DNA of 39,623 bases from a virus (taxonomy: Duplodnaviria > Caudoviricetes), in IMG/VR virus record IMGVR_UViG_3300020138_000012, positions 1-39,623 of that record, one strand, 5' to 3'. The notes beneath the pieces were generated by a model that saw only the letters and a program-made list of their open reading frames with translations, had not been told where the DNA came from and searched no databases. Positions 9,495 to 18,747 of the stretch are shown piece after piece (position 1 is the stretch's first letter; each line of letters begins with the position of its first letter). The position numbers were made by a program, and so were the translations under genes.

Positions 9495-10526
9495 ATGCCG
9501 AACACGTACTACAAGACCCCGGGGCGCGTCGCGCTGGCCGTCGCCCGCCTGCACCAGAAGGCGAACTTCTCGAACCTCATCACCCGGATCAACGGTGAGC
9601 GGTTCGTCGGCGCCCTGAACGACCGTCTCGACTGGTCGCTGCCCGGGCTGACGATCGCCCGCGACTACACGTGGCGCGACCGAGTCGACCCGATCATCTT
9701 CGACGAGATCAGCCGCGCCAAGGGGCAGATCAAGCTCGACACCCACGTCTACTCCGGCGTCCGGTTCACGGACGAGGAGGAGAAGCTCGACCTGGCGTCC
9801 TACGGTCGCGAGATCCTGTTCCCGCAGGTCGACGCCGTCGCGACTCGACTCGACGGCAAGACGATCACGGCGATGAAGAACGCCGACCCGGCGGTCACCA
9901 CGCTCGAGATCGGCCCCGGCGACTCCGTCGCGGCGAACGCGGGCACGGCCGACCCGAAGGGCGAGAACCTGCTCAAGCAGGCGCTCGCGGTGAAGGCCGC
10001 GTGCGACGCTGCGGGCATGCCCGACACGGGTCGCTACCTCCTGGCCGGCGCTAACGCGTTCTCGTACATCGTGGGCTCGTCCGCCCTCACGAAGTACGAC
10101 ATCTCGCAGGCGCAGACGGCGTTCCGCCGCGGCGTGTTCGGCCTCCTGTCGAACATGGAGGTCGTCGACGGCACCAGCGTGATCGACGACAACGACTTCA
10201 TCGTCCTGCACCCGTCGTGGGCCGTCCTGGCAAACGTCGCGCCGAACGTCCCCCAGGGCGTCACGTGGGGCGGTCGCCGCACGTACCAGGGCTGGGAGCT
10301 GCGCGTCGTGCGGCAGTACGACCTGTCCTACCTCTCCGACCGCTCGGTGGTCTCGACGTTCACCGGCATCAGCGAGGTGAAGGACCAGTACTCGCGGCAC
10401 ACGGCTCAGACCGCCGCCACCGCGAACGACGGTTCGCAGGCCGGTGACCCGGTCGTGGTCGACGGCGAGCTGCAGCTCACGGGCAAGAACGTGCGCATCG
10501 CGTACGGCTCGTTCGTCACCGACTGA
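9495..10526 (+). CDS. Major capsid protein (HK97 fold, P22 coat-like), 343 aa
   Basis: Size and position after scaffold, GGAGG RBS, strongly biased codons, followed by a hairpin. Confidence 0.9.
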   Translation: MPNTYYKTPGRVALAVARLHQKANFSNLITRINGERFVGALNDRLDWSLPGLTIARDYTWRDRVDPIIFDEISRAKGQIKLDTHVYSGVRFTDEEEKLDLASYGREILFPQVDAVATRLDGKTITAMKNADPAVTTLEIGPGDSVAANAGTADPKGENLLKQALAVKAACDAAGMPDTGRYLLAGANAFSYIVGSSALTKYDISQAQTAFRRGVFGLLSNMEVVDGTSVIDDNDFIVLHPSWAVLANVAPNVPQGVTWGGRRTYQGWELRVVRQYDLSYLSDRSVVSTFTGISEVKDQYSRHTAQTAATANDGSQAGDPVVVDGELQLTGKNVRIAYGSFVTD

Positions 10527-10534
10527 CGAGACAT

Positions 10535-10576
10535 CGACGAGGCCCCGTCCCCACACCCTGGGGCGGGGCCTCGTCG
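10535..10576 (+). terminator. Putative terminator hairpin after the capsid gene
   Basis: CGACGAGGCCCCG / CGGGGCCTCGTCG 13-bp stem. Confidence 0.65.
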
Positions 10577-10593
10577 TGCGCTACGATGCCCGC

Positions 10594-11112
10594 ATGGCCG
10601 TCACCCCGATCCTCGCGACTGTCGCCGACCTCGCCGTCGCGCTGCGCATGACGCTCGAGGATGACGACGCGTACGCGACGCTCATGCTCGCTCAGGCGTC
10701 GCAGGCCGTCCGAGACGAGGCCCGTCAGCCGCTGTGGGTCCTACCCGCCGACAGCGACACGGACCCTGCTGACGAAGGGTACGTGCTCGCCCCACGGACC
10801 GCGCAGGACATCACCCTGTGGGTGGCTCAGCGCGCCTACCTCGACCCGCGTAACCGGACCCGGATCACCTCTGGCCCGATCTCCGACACGTTCTCCGAGT
10901 CCGGCGTCTACGGCCTCGACCTGACCGACGGCGAGCGGGCACGCCTCAGCGGATACCGGACGGATGGTGCGACGGGCGGGCTGTGGTCGCTGCAGATCGG
11001 CAGCGGTCAGAAGGTCGCCCCGATCACGCTGAACGACGTTCGTCCCGGGTCCGACCTCCTGCTGTACGCCGATCCACAGTGGGCGTGGGCGTTCGCCCCG
11101 CGGAGGACGTGA
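10594..11112 (+). CDS. Head-to-tail adaptor, 172 aa
   Basis: LATVADLA...MLAQASQAVR and RAYLDP..RITSGP motifs; position after capsid; likely leaderless (TACGAT ends 6 nt before the ATG). Confidence 0.85.
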   Translation: MAVTPILATVADLAVALRMTLEDDDAYATLMLAQASQAVRDEARQPLWVLPADSDTDPADEGYVLAPRTAQDITLWVAQRAYLDPRNRTRITSGPISDTFSESGVYGLDLTDGERARLSGYRTDGATGGLWSLQIGSGQKVAPITLNDVRPGSDLLLYADPQWAWAFAPRRT

Positions 11113-11447
11113 TGCGTCCACGCGGCATGGAAAAGGTCACCATCCGGACCGAGGCCGTCCGGGACGGCTTCGGCAACCCTGGGACCGCAGGCACCCCGCG
11201 GAAGTTCGACGGTTGCGCGGTGTACCCCCGCGGCGCCTCGAGCGAGGACAGCGGACGCTCGGCGACCGTGCTCGACGGGTACACCATCCTGATTCCCGGT
11301 AACGTCGCAGTCGCCTCCAGCGACGAGGTCGAGTGGGCGCGACAGCCCGGCATCTGGCGCAAGGTCGTCGGCAAGCCCGGCCTGCTCGTCTCGTTGCAGG
11401 GCGAGGAGCTCGGCACCCAGGTCAACGTCTCGGGGGCTGAGGGATGA
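11112..11447 (+). CDS. Head-to-tail stopper, 111 aa
   Basis: EKVTIR...DGFGN...CAVYP motif; TGATG coupling. Confidence 0.8.
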   Translation: MRPRGMEKVTIRTEAVRDGFGNPGTAGTPRKFDGCAVYPRGASSEDSGRSATVLDGYTILIPGNVAVASSDEVEWARQPGIWRKVVGKPGLLVSLQGEELGTQVNVSGAEG

Positions 11448-11914
11448 CGTTCCGGACGCGGTACATCCCCGCCAACACGCGCGCCCAGCACGACCGCGCC
11501 CGCGCCCGCTACGGGCTGCCGCCGTCGACAAACGGGTCGATGGCCGAGCTGCTCGTCAGCGAGCAGATCGCCAAGCCGACGCTCGCCGCGGCGGAGGCCA
11601 TCGCGCGGGACGCTCGAGCACTGGCAGCCGCCGAGCTCACCTCGAGCACCAAGACGGGCGCCTACGAGGAGTCGATCAAGGCCGAGATGACCGAGCCCAA
11701 GGTCATCGGCGGCAACCCGCGCGCCGCCGCCGCGGTGACGGCCCACGGCGGGTACGAGCACTGGGTAGGGGAGATCGGCCCTGGCACGTCGCACGCCGTC
11801 GTCGTCGAGTTCGACGTCCCCGAGGGGTCCGACGCCGGTCCGCGACCGAAGGAGGGCCGACGCATCCTCGGTCGCGCCGGCGCGCCCTACGACAACCCCG
11901 GAGCCCCGGCATGA
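11444..11914 (+). CDS. Neck protein (HK97 gp10-like position), 156 aa
   Basis: TGAYEESI, HAVVVEF and RRILGRA motifs; synteny. Confidence 0.7.
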   Translation: MTFRTRYIPANTRAQHDRARARYGLPPSTNGSMAELLVSEQIAKPTLAAAEAIARDARALAAAELTSSTKTGAYEESIKAEMTEPKVIGGNPRAAAAVTAHGGYEHWVGEIGPGTSHAVVVEFDVPEGSDAGPRPKEGRRILGRAGAPYDNPGAPA

Positions 11915-12288
11915 GCGGCTACCCCGACATCGAGAAGGAGCTCGCCACCTGGGCGGCTGCCAGGGTGGCGACGACCAAGTTCGGCAGCGCCACCCCGGCG
12001 AACCTCGACTCCATGCTGCCCTTCGTGCGCGTCGTGAAGTTCGCCGGGACGCGCAACGAGGTGACCGACTTCCCGAAGGTCGACGTCGAGGTGTTCGCAG
12101 CGTCGCGCGACGCCGCGCTGGCCGCGCTGAGCACCATCGACGCGGCGCTCGTGCCGCGCACGCGCCTGACGCCCGGAGGCGCTATCATCGACTCCGTCAG
12201 GACGGACGTCTCCCCGAGGCTGCTGCCCTGGGATAACTCGAACATCGCGCACGCCGGAGCGACCTACAGCCTGGGGCTGAGGCGCTGA
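11911..12288 (+). CDS. Tail terminator protein, 125 aa
   Basis: YPDIEKEL, LPFVRV, VDVEVFA motifs; directly before the major tail gene. Confidence 0.85.
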   Translation: MSGYPDIEKELATWAAARVATTKFGSATPANLDSMLPFVRVVKFAGTRNEVTDFPKVDVEVFAASRDAALAALSTIDAALVPRTRLTPGGAIIDSVRTDVSPRLLPWDNSNIAHAGATYSLGLRR

Positions 12289-12307
12289 TCTACTACGGGA
12301 GCCCAGG

Positions 12308-13006
12308 ATGGCGAACACCACGTACGACGCCCTCAAGAACCTGCAGAACCAGCTCATCCGCAAGGCCGGCGGAGGCTCGCTGTTCCTCGCGGACATGACT
12401 GCCGAGGTCTGGCCGTCCGAGCCGTTCGCGTACACCGCCGCAGTGGAGGGGCCGCCCGCGGTCCCGGCCAAGCTCGAGCTCGTCGAGGCCCCTGTCGGAT
12501 ACGAGGACTTCGGCTACCTCACCGACGACGGCATGGCCCACGAGAACGAGGTCAGCGAGTCGAACGTGACCTCGTTCCAGTCGGTCACGCCGACGCGGTC
12601 CGACGTCACCTCCGACGTCGACTCCCTCACGGTGACCGCTCAGGAGACGAAGCTCCTGACGATCGGCCTCATCACGGGCGCGCAGCTCTCCGCGGGCTCG
12701 CGGAACTCGAACACCGGTACGCTGAGCGTCGCGAAGCCCGAGCGTCCCTCGGCCCGCCACTACCGCGGCTTCGCGCTCGCGGTCGACGGCGAGGGCGACG
12801 ACCAGTTCTTCATCGGCCGCATCTACCCCAAGCTCAAGGTCACGGGCAAGGCCGCGCAGAGCTGGGCGAAGGGCGACGACCCGATCACGTGGGGCGTCAC
12901 GTTCACCGCGTTCTACGACTCGACCGCGGGCTACGCCGTCCGCTACGTGTTCGGCGGGATGGGCTGGCGCAACGCGCTCGCGGACATGGGCTTCACCGCC
13001 CTGTGA
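12308..13006 (+). CDS. Major tail (tube) protein, 232 aa
   Basis: GYEDFGYLTDDG, PTRSDVT, AQETK motifs of actinophage tail tube proteins; followed by a hairpin. Confidence 0.9.
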   Translation: MANTTYDALKNLQNQLIRKAGGGSLFLADMTAEVWPSEPFAYTAAVEGPPAVPAKLELVEAPVGYEDFGYLTDDGMAHENEVSESNVTSFQSVTPTRSDVTSDVDSLTVTAQETKLLTIGLITGAQLSAGSRNSNTGTLSVAKPERPSARHYRGFALAVDGEGDDQFFIGRIYPKLKVTGKAAQSWAKGDDPITWGVTFTAFYDSTAGYAVRYVFGGMGWRNALADMGFTAL

Positions 13007-13009
13007 CGA

Positions 13010-13060
13010 CTACGACGGCCGGGCTGCTGAGCTCGGGTGCGGGGCGCCCGGCCGTCGTAG
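13010..13060 (+). terminator. Putative terminator hairpin after the major tail gene
   Basis: 15-bp perfect stem CTACGACGGCCGGGC / GCCCGGCCGTCGTAG. Confidence 0.65.
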
Positions 13061-13095
13061 CAAGGCACTACCCGCACCCCGGAGAGGACCGCACC

Positions 13096-13257
13096 GTGAG
13101 CAAGCCCGTGACGTACGTGAAGGACGGCGACTACCGCGTCGCGACGACTGCGGCCGAGGCCGTCAAGCTCGAGTTCGAGGGGTACCTCGTGGCCCCCGAC
13201 CCGAAGCCCGTCGAGGCGCAGCGGCCGAAGCCCGCGAAGCCCGTCGAGGCGTCCTGA
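13096..13257 (+). CDS. Small hypothetical tail-region protein, 53 aa
   Basis: GGAGAGGA RBS and GTG 13096; (M)SKPVTYVKDG...AEAVKLEFEGY. Confidence 0.65.
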   Translation: MSKPVTYVKDGDYRVATTAAEAVKLEFEGYLVAPDPKPVEAQRPKPAKPVEAS

Positions 13258-13280
13258 CCCACCGCTAGGAGACCGCACCC

Positions 13281-13610
13281 ATGACCGCACCCCGCAAGCC
13301 CGCAGCACCCCGCAAGCCCGCGCGCGTCGACTTCGACTTCAACGCGATCGAGGCGGACCCCGACGAGCCGATGACCGTCCGACTCCCCTCCGGGGCGACG
13401 GTGACCCTGGTGTCCCTGCGGGACATCGACTGGCAGATCGTCGCCCAGCTCCGCAAGGGCGACCCGGAGTTCCTGTTCGAGAACATCGTCGCCCCCGAGG
13501 ACCGCAAGACGTTCCTCGCCGAGCGCATCACGGAGCGCCAGATGGAGGCGTTCCAGGACGCCTACCTCGCCTACTTCGGACTGGCGTCGCCGGGGGAATC
13601 CGACGCCTGA
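13281..13610 (+). CDS. Tail assembly chaperone, short form (lambda gpG equivalent), 109 aa
   Basis: Position between the major tail and TMP genes; ends just after a GGGGGAA slippery site. Confidence 0.88.
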   Translation: MTAPRKPAAPRKPARVDFDFNAIEADPDEPMTVRLPSGATVTLVSLRDIDWQIVAQLRKGDPEFLFENIVAPEDRKTFLAERITERQMEAFQDAYLAYFGLASPGESDA

Positions 13611-14107
13611 CGTTCTACCTCGCGCGCTACGGCCGCGAGATCGAGGCAGACCTGCAATTCCGGGCGCATCTCGATCTCGCGGTCCTGTGGCGCCGACGCG
13701 AGTGGCGGCGCCTGCTGAACCTCATCGACCACATGCCGCGCGACTCGTTCACACGTCAGGCGATGGCCCAGGATGAGGAGCACGCCGAGATGGTCGCCGA
13801 GGCGCTCGCGCAGCGTGGCGGCGACGAGTCCGACTCCGGCCCTCAGGTCAGCGAGTGGTCGCTGCAGAACGAGCTCCTGGCGACCATCGTGGACGCGGTC
13901 ACCGTGAACACGGGGGCGACGGTCGCCGCCGCGGGCGGCAAGGCGCCGAAGTTCAAGCCGGTAGCCCGCCCGTCGACCGAGTACGAGCGCGCCGAGCACC
14001 GCCGTCGACTGGCCGGTCACGAGCGGATCACCGCGATGGTGAAGTCCGCTCGCGCGAGGCCCACGCCGGATGCGACGAGCGACGTGTCAACGATCGACAA
14101 GCGGTAG
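13281..14107 (+). CDS. Tail assembly chaperone, long form (gpGT equivalent) via -1 frameshift at 13592-13598
   Basis: The -1 frame is open from the slippery site (GIRRLTFYLARYGREIEADLQ...WRRLLNLIDHMPRDS) to TAG 14107. Confidence 0.85.
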
Positions 14108-14147
14108 ACTCGCCGCAGCCCACGCCCGCCCGTCTCAGGAGGTCAGC

Positions 14148-17100
14148 ATGGCGTTCAGCGCCGGGACGGTCGTCCTCGAGGTGTGGCCCTCGTTCCGCAA
14201 CGTGCAGCGCCAGATGGCGAGCGAGGGGCGCGAAGCCGGGCGGGAGTTCGGCCGCGGCCTCGAGCGGGAGCTCGACCGGACCGACCGTTCCGCCACGAAG
14301 GCCGGAGCGAAGGCCGGCGGGGCGTTCACGCGAGCGATGAAGCTCGCCATCGAGAAGGTGCCCGCCGAGGTCGCGGTCGACGCGACGAAGGCTCGTCGCG
14401 AGCTGTGGAAGCTCCGTGAGGAAGCGAAGGTCATCCTCGAGGGCTTCGAGTCCGGCGAGCTCAACATCAACACCGCCGCAGCGCTCGCGCAGATCCGCGC
14501 GTTCAAGGCCCGTGCCGACGCCCTTGCGAAGGACGATATCGAGTTCGACGTCCGAACCGACGCCGGGGCGCTCAAGCAGGCACTCTCCGATCTCGTCGAC
14601 TTCCATCACAAGGCCGTCGGCGAGACCAAGGCGGAAGCCCGCGAGCGCGTCGCCGCCGAGCGAGCCGCCCGCAAGGCCGAGTCCGACATGCTCCGCGACG
14701 CCTACCGGGAGAACGCCGACTACACGGCGCGGCGGGCGGTGCAGGCCCGCAAGCGCGCCGACGCCGAGAAGCAGGCCATCCGCGAGGAGAACGACGCCCT
14801 GCGCGGCGAGAGACTGCTGCTCGACCGGCACAACGCTCAGGTCGTCCAGTCCTACCGCAACCGCACCGACACCTTGCGCCAGCTCGCGCGCGCTGCCGCG
14901 GTCGAACAGCGCGACGCCGAGGACGAGGCGGTCCGCACGCGCGCCGACGCCGACATCGCGCGCGCGATGGCCGCACAGAAGGCGCGCTACGAGGCGGAGT
15001 CGCGCTACGCCGAAGCGGCAGCGCGCTCCAAGGCCGCGAGCGCGATCAAGGCCGCGGCGACCGAGCGGATCACCGCCGAGCTCGTCGAGCACGCCGTGAA
15101 GCAGTCGTACGACGAGCAGTCCGACGCCTCGACGCGCGCCCGGCTCATCCGCCAGGCGAACGCCCGCCTCGCCGAGAGGGTCGAGCGCAACTCCGCCGGC
15201 GGAGGGCTCATCCGCCAGGCGTGGGCGCAGAACATCGGCCAGGCCGCGAACTCCTTCCGCCTGTTCAACGGCGCCCTGCTCACCACGCTCGCGCTGGGGC
15301 CGCTGCTCATCCCCGTGCTCGCTGCGATCGCAGCAGGCATGGGGGGCATCGCCATCGCGATCGTCGGCGTGCTCGGCGGGATCGGCGCCCTGGTGGCCGG
15401 TCTGTCCGGCATCGGCGGGGCCGTGTCGGCGATGAACGCGCTTGACAGCGAGAAGAAGTTCGGCACGGGCAGCGGGTCACGAGCCAGCCAGGCACCGACG
15501 CTGGCTGATCGCCGACGCCTGCGCGACGCCGAGCTGGACCTCGCTCGGGCTCGCGAGGACGCCGGGCAGCGCATCCGCGACTCGCTTGAGCGCCAGGAGG
15601 ACGCCGAGCGACGACTCGCCGACGCGCAGAAGGACGCACAGCGGGCTCAGGCTGACCTCACGCAGGCGCGCAAGGAAGCCGCTGAGGAGCTCGAGCGGAT
15701 GCGTGGCGACCTCACCAAGGGGCTGGTCGACGAGCGCGCCGCCGAGCTCGACGTGAAGCAGGCCGAGGCCCACTACGCTGTGCTCGCGGCAGACCCCCAG
15801 GCGACCGCGTACGAGAAGGAGGTCGCCCGGCTAGCCGCCGACAAGGCTAAGTCCGAGCTCGACGGACTGCGTCGCGAGAACACGTCCCTGCGCAAGCAGA
15901 TCGCCGACATCGAGCGCGGCGGAATCGACTCGACCGAGAAGGTCATCGACGCCAAGCGTCGACTGAACGACATGAACGAGCGGGTAGCCGACTCCGAGCG
16001 GGATCTCGACAAGGCGCGCCGCAACGTCTCCGAGGCACGCATCGACGAGGCTCGGAAGCTATTCGACGTGCAGCAGCGATACAAGGACGCCCTCGAGGAC
16101 ATGAAGCCGAAGATCGACGAGGGCGCTGCGGCGACCGGGTCGATGGCGACCGCCGTGTCCAACCTGCGGGAGGCGATGGACAACCTGTCGCCCGCGGGGC
16201 AGCGATTCGCCGAGTTCCTCTACGGTCTCAAGCCCTTCCTCGACTCGCTACGCGGCGCCGCTCAGGAGGGGTTGCTACCCGGCCTGCAGTCCGCGATCTC
16301 GACAATCATGGATAAGTACGGGGACCGGTTCATCACGTTCATCGGCACAATGGCGCAGGTCGTCGGCGAAGTCGCCGAGCTGTTCGCCCGGGAGATCACC
16401 TCGCCCTGGTGGGACGACTTCTTCGAGACGATGGCCGAGGTCAGCCCGGGAATCCTGCGCAGTGTCGCCGACATCGTCGCCGCCCTGTCGCAGGCGTTCG
16501 CGGGCGTCCTGCTCGCCTTCGCTCCGTACGCGCAGAAGATCGCCGACGTCGTCGTGGATCTCGCTGACGCGTTCGCCCAGTGGGGGGCATCGCTGTCCGA
16601 CTCCGACGGGTTCAAGACGTTCATGGACTACGTCCGCGACGCCGGACCGAAGGTTGGCAAGCTGCTCGGCCTGCTCGGCGAGGTGCTCGTCAACCTCGCG
16701 ATCGGCCTCGCGCCGTACGCCGACAAGCTCCTCGACTTCCTCATCGGCTTCGTCGGCTGGCTCGCCGGCATGAACCCTGACACCATCGCCAAGGTCGCGC
16801 TCGGTCTCGGTGCGTTCGTCGTCGTCATCCAGACCCTCGCGGGACTCATGGCCGCAGCCTCGTCGATCATCGGGCTCGTCGCAGGCATCGCCGCGCTGTT
16901 CGGCCCCGAAGGCGCCCTGGCCGGTATCGGCGCAGCCGTCGCCGCCGCTGGCCCCGTCGGGCTTGCCATCGCAGCCATCGTCGCGGCCGTCGTCGGCCTC
17001 GGGATCGCATTCAAGTGGGCGTTCGACAATGTCGAGTGGTTCCACGACGGTGTCGTGAACATCATCGAGACGCTCGGTGGGTACTTCGAGGGATTCTATT

Positions 17101-18746
17101 CCCGGGTCTCCGAGGTGCTCGGCCTCGTCGGTGGTGTATTCCGCGAGGTCGGCGACAAGATCATGGATGTGCTCAACCCGGTCGTGGTGTTCTTCCGCAC
17201 CATCATCGGCCCGACGATCTCATGGTTCTACGAGAGCATCGTCGCGCCTGTGTTCAACCTCATCGGCGGAGCCGTCGAGGTACTGTGGGGCATCTTCTCC
17301 AAGCTAGCTGACATCATCTACCAGCTCATCGTGCACGTCATCGCCCCGGTCATCTCGGACCTGTACTACAAGTACATCAACCCGATATGGGAAAAGTACA
17401 TCAAGCCGGTGTTTCAGGCGCTCGGCAACTTCATCGCGGAAAAGGTCGCTCCGGCATTCCAGGCCGGTCGCGACGCCATCGGTCGGATCTGGTCTGGCCT
17501 CATGGACCTTGCGAAGAAGCCCATCGAGTTCGTCGTGAACACCGTCATCAACCGGGGTATCATCGACAACTTCAACAAGCTCGTGAGCATCTTCCCCGGC
17601 ATTGACCCTGTCGACCACGTGCAGCTCCCCTCCTCGTGGAACAACGAGCCCCGCACGAGCGGCGGAGGCGGCGGCGCCGGGGTGCAAGTGCGCGCCTTCG
17701 CGCGCGGCGGCATGATGCCCGGCTACACCCCCGGCCGCGACGTGCACACCTTCTTCTCGCCGACCGCGGGCATCCTCGAACTCTCTGGCGGTGAGCCGGT
17801 GCTGCGCCCCGAGGTCGGCCGCGTGCTCGGCCGAGACTGGGTCGACGGGGTCAACGCCGCGGCACGCAGCGGCGGCACCCGCGGCGTGCAGGCCTACCTC
17901 GGCGGCTTCGCCAGCGGCGGGTGGATCGGCAACCTCCTGGGCGGCGCGAAGAACCTCGTCGGGGGCATCGGCGACGCGATCGGCAACGCCGTCGGCTCCG
18001 TCCGCGAGCTCGCCGCGGCTCCCGCTCGCGTGCTGCGCAAGGTCGTCGAGGCACTCGTCGGGTCGAACCCCCCGGGGCTGTACGGACTCGGCGCCGGGTT
18101 CGCCTACAAGATCATCGACGGCATCGAGGCGCTCATCTCCGGCACTCGCGAGAACCACACCGCTAGCGGGGGCATCGGCTGGAAGGCGATGAGTGGGATC
18201 ATCGCCGAGGCGTTCCCTGACGCCCGGGTCTCCGACGCCCTGCGCCCCTCTGGCACGATGTCGGCTGCGGGTACCGTGTCCTACCACGGCCTTGGCCGCG
18301 CCATCGACATCGTGCCACCCAGCATGGCGTTGTTTGATTGGCTGTCCAAGACGTACCCGGACTCCTCCGAGCTGCTCTACACCCCGGCAGGCAGCAACCA
18401 GATCCTTCGCCGCGGGGTCCGCGGGTCCACGTCCGGCGAGACGGCAGCGATGCACTACAACCACGTCCACTGGGCGCTCGCAAACGGCGGCGTCGTCCCG
18501 AACCTCTACGATGACGGTGGGGCGCTCCCCCCGGGGATCAGCCTCGTCGCGAACCGGACCGGCAAGCCCGAGCAGGTGCTCACCGGCGCCCAGTGGAACG
18601 AGATCAAGCGCGGAGGCGACGTGACGCACTACTACGAGATCGGACACATGGGGGCCGACGCCCACGACGTCGCGCTCGAGCTCGAGCGAGTCCGCCGCGA
18701 GCGCCTCGCCGTGGAAGGGCTCAACGCCGCAGAGCTGGTGGGCTGA
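14148..18746 (+). CDS. Tape measure protein with C-terminal putative Zn peptidase domain, 1532 aa
   Basis: AGGAGG RBS and ATG 14148; long Ala-rich helical/coiled-coil protein with hydrophobic segments and Trp/Phe periodicity; YHGLGRAIDI and HYNHVH motifs near the C-terminus. Confidence 0.95.
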   Translation: MAFSAGTVVLEVWPSFRNVQRQMASEGREAGREFGRGLERELDRTDRSATKAGAKAGGAFTRAMKLAIEKVPAEVAVDATKARRELWKLREEAKVILEGFESGELNINTAAALAQIRAFKARADALAKDDIEFDVRTDAGALKQALSDLVDFHHKAVGETKAEARERVAAERAARKAESDMLRDAYRENADYTARRAVQARKRADAEKQAIREENDALRGERLLLDRHNAQVVQSYRNRTDTLRQLARAAAVEQRDAEDEAVRTRADADIARAMAAQKARYEAESRYAEAAARSKAASAIKAAATERITAELVEHAVKQSYDEQSDASTRARLIRQANARLAERVERNSAGGGLIRQAWAQNIGQAANSFRLFNGALLTTLALGPLLIPVLAAIAAGMGGIAIAIVGVLGGIGALVAGLSGIGGAVSAMNALDSEKKFGTGSGSRASQAPTLADRRRLRDAELDLARAREDAGQRIRDSLERQEDAERRLADAQKDAQRAQADLTQARKEAAEELERMRGDLTKGLVDERAAELDVKQAEAHYAVLAADPQATAYEKEVARLAADKAKSELDGLRRENTSLRKQIADIERGGIDSTEKVIDAKRRLNDMNERVADSERDLDKARRNVSEARIDEARKLFDVQQRYKDALEDMKPKIDEGAAATGSMATAVSNLREAMDNLSPAGQRFAEFLYGLKPFLDSLRGAAQEGLLPGLQSAISTIMDKYGDRFITFIGTMAQVVGEVAELFAREITSPWWDDFFETMAEVSPGILRSVADIVAALSQAFAGVLLAFAPYAQKIADVVVDLADAFAQWGASLSDSDGFKTFMDYVRDAGPKVGKLLGLLGEVLVNLAIGLAPYADKLLDFLIGFVGWLAGMNPDTIAKVALGLGAFVVVIQTLAGLMAAASSIIGLVAGIAALFGPEGALAGIGAAVAAAGPVGLAIAAIVAAVVGLGIAFKWAFDNVEWFHDGVVNIIETLGGYFEGFYSRVSEVLGLVGGVFREVGDKIMDVLNPVVVFFRTIIGPTISWFYESIVAPVFNLIGGAVEVLWGIFSKLADIIYQLIVHVIAPVISDLYYKYINPIWEKYIKPVFQALGNFIAEKVAPAFQAGRDAIGRIWSGLMDLAKKPIEFVVNTVINRGIIDNFNKLVSIFPGIDPVDHVQLPSSWNNEPRTSGGGGGAGVQVRAFARGGMMPGYTPGRDVHTFFSPTAGILELSGGEPVLRPEVGRVLGRDWVDGVNAAARSGGTRGVQAYLGGFASGGWIGNLLGGAKNLVGGIGDAIGNAVGSVRELAAAPARVLRKVVEALVGSNPPGLYGLGAGFAYKIIDGIEALISGTRENHTASGGIGWKAMSGIIAEAFPDARVSDALRPSGTMSAAGTVSYHGLGRAIDIVPPSMALFDWLSKTYPDSSELLYTPAGSNQILRRGVRGSTSGETAAMHYNHVHWALANGGVVPNLYDDGGALPPGISLVANRTGKPEQVLTGAQWNEIKRGGDVTHYYEIGHMGADAHDVALELERVRRERLAVEGLNAAELVG

Positions 18747-18747
18747 G

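Noticed and set aside
13070-13320. Several CGCACC(C) copies around the chaperone start
   Set aside because: Short, GC-rich and partly explained by the duplicated APRKP peptide; not distinguishable from chance
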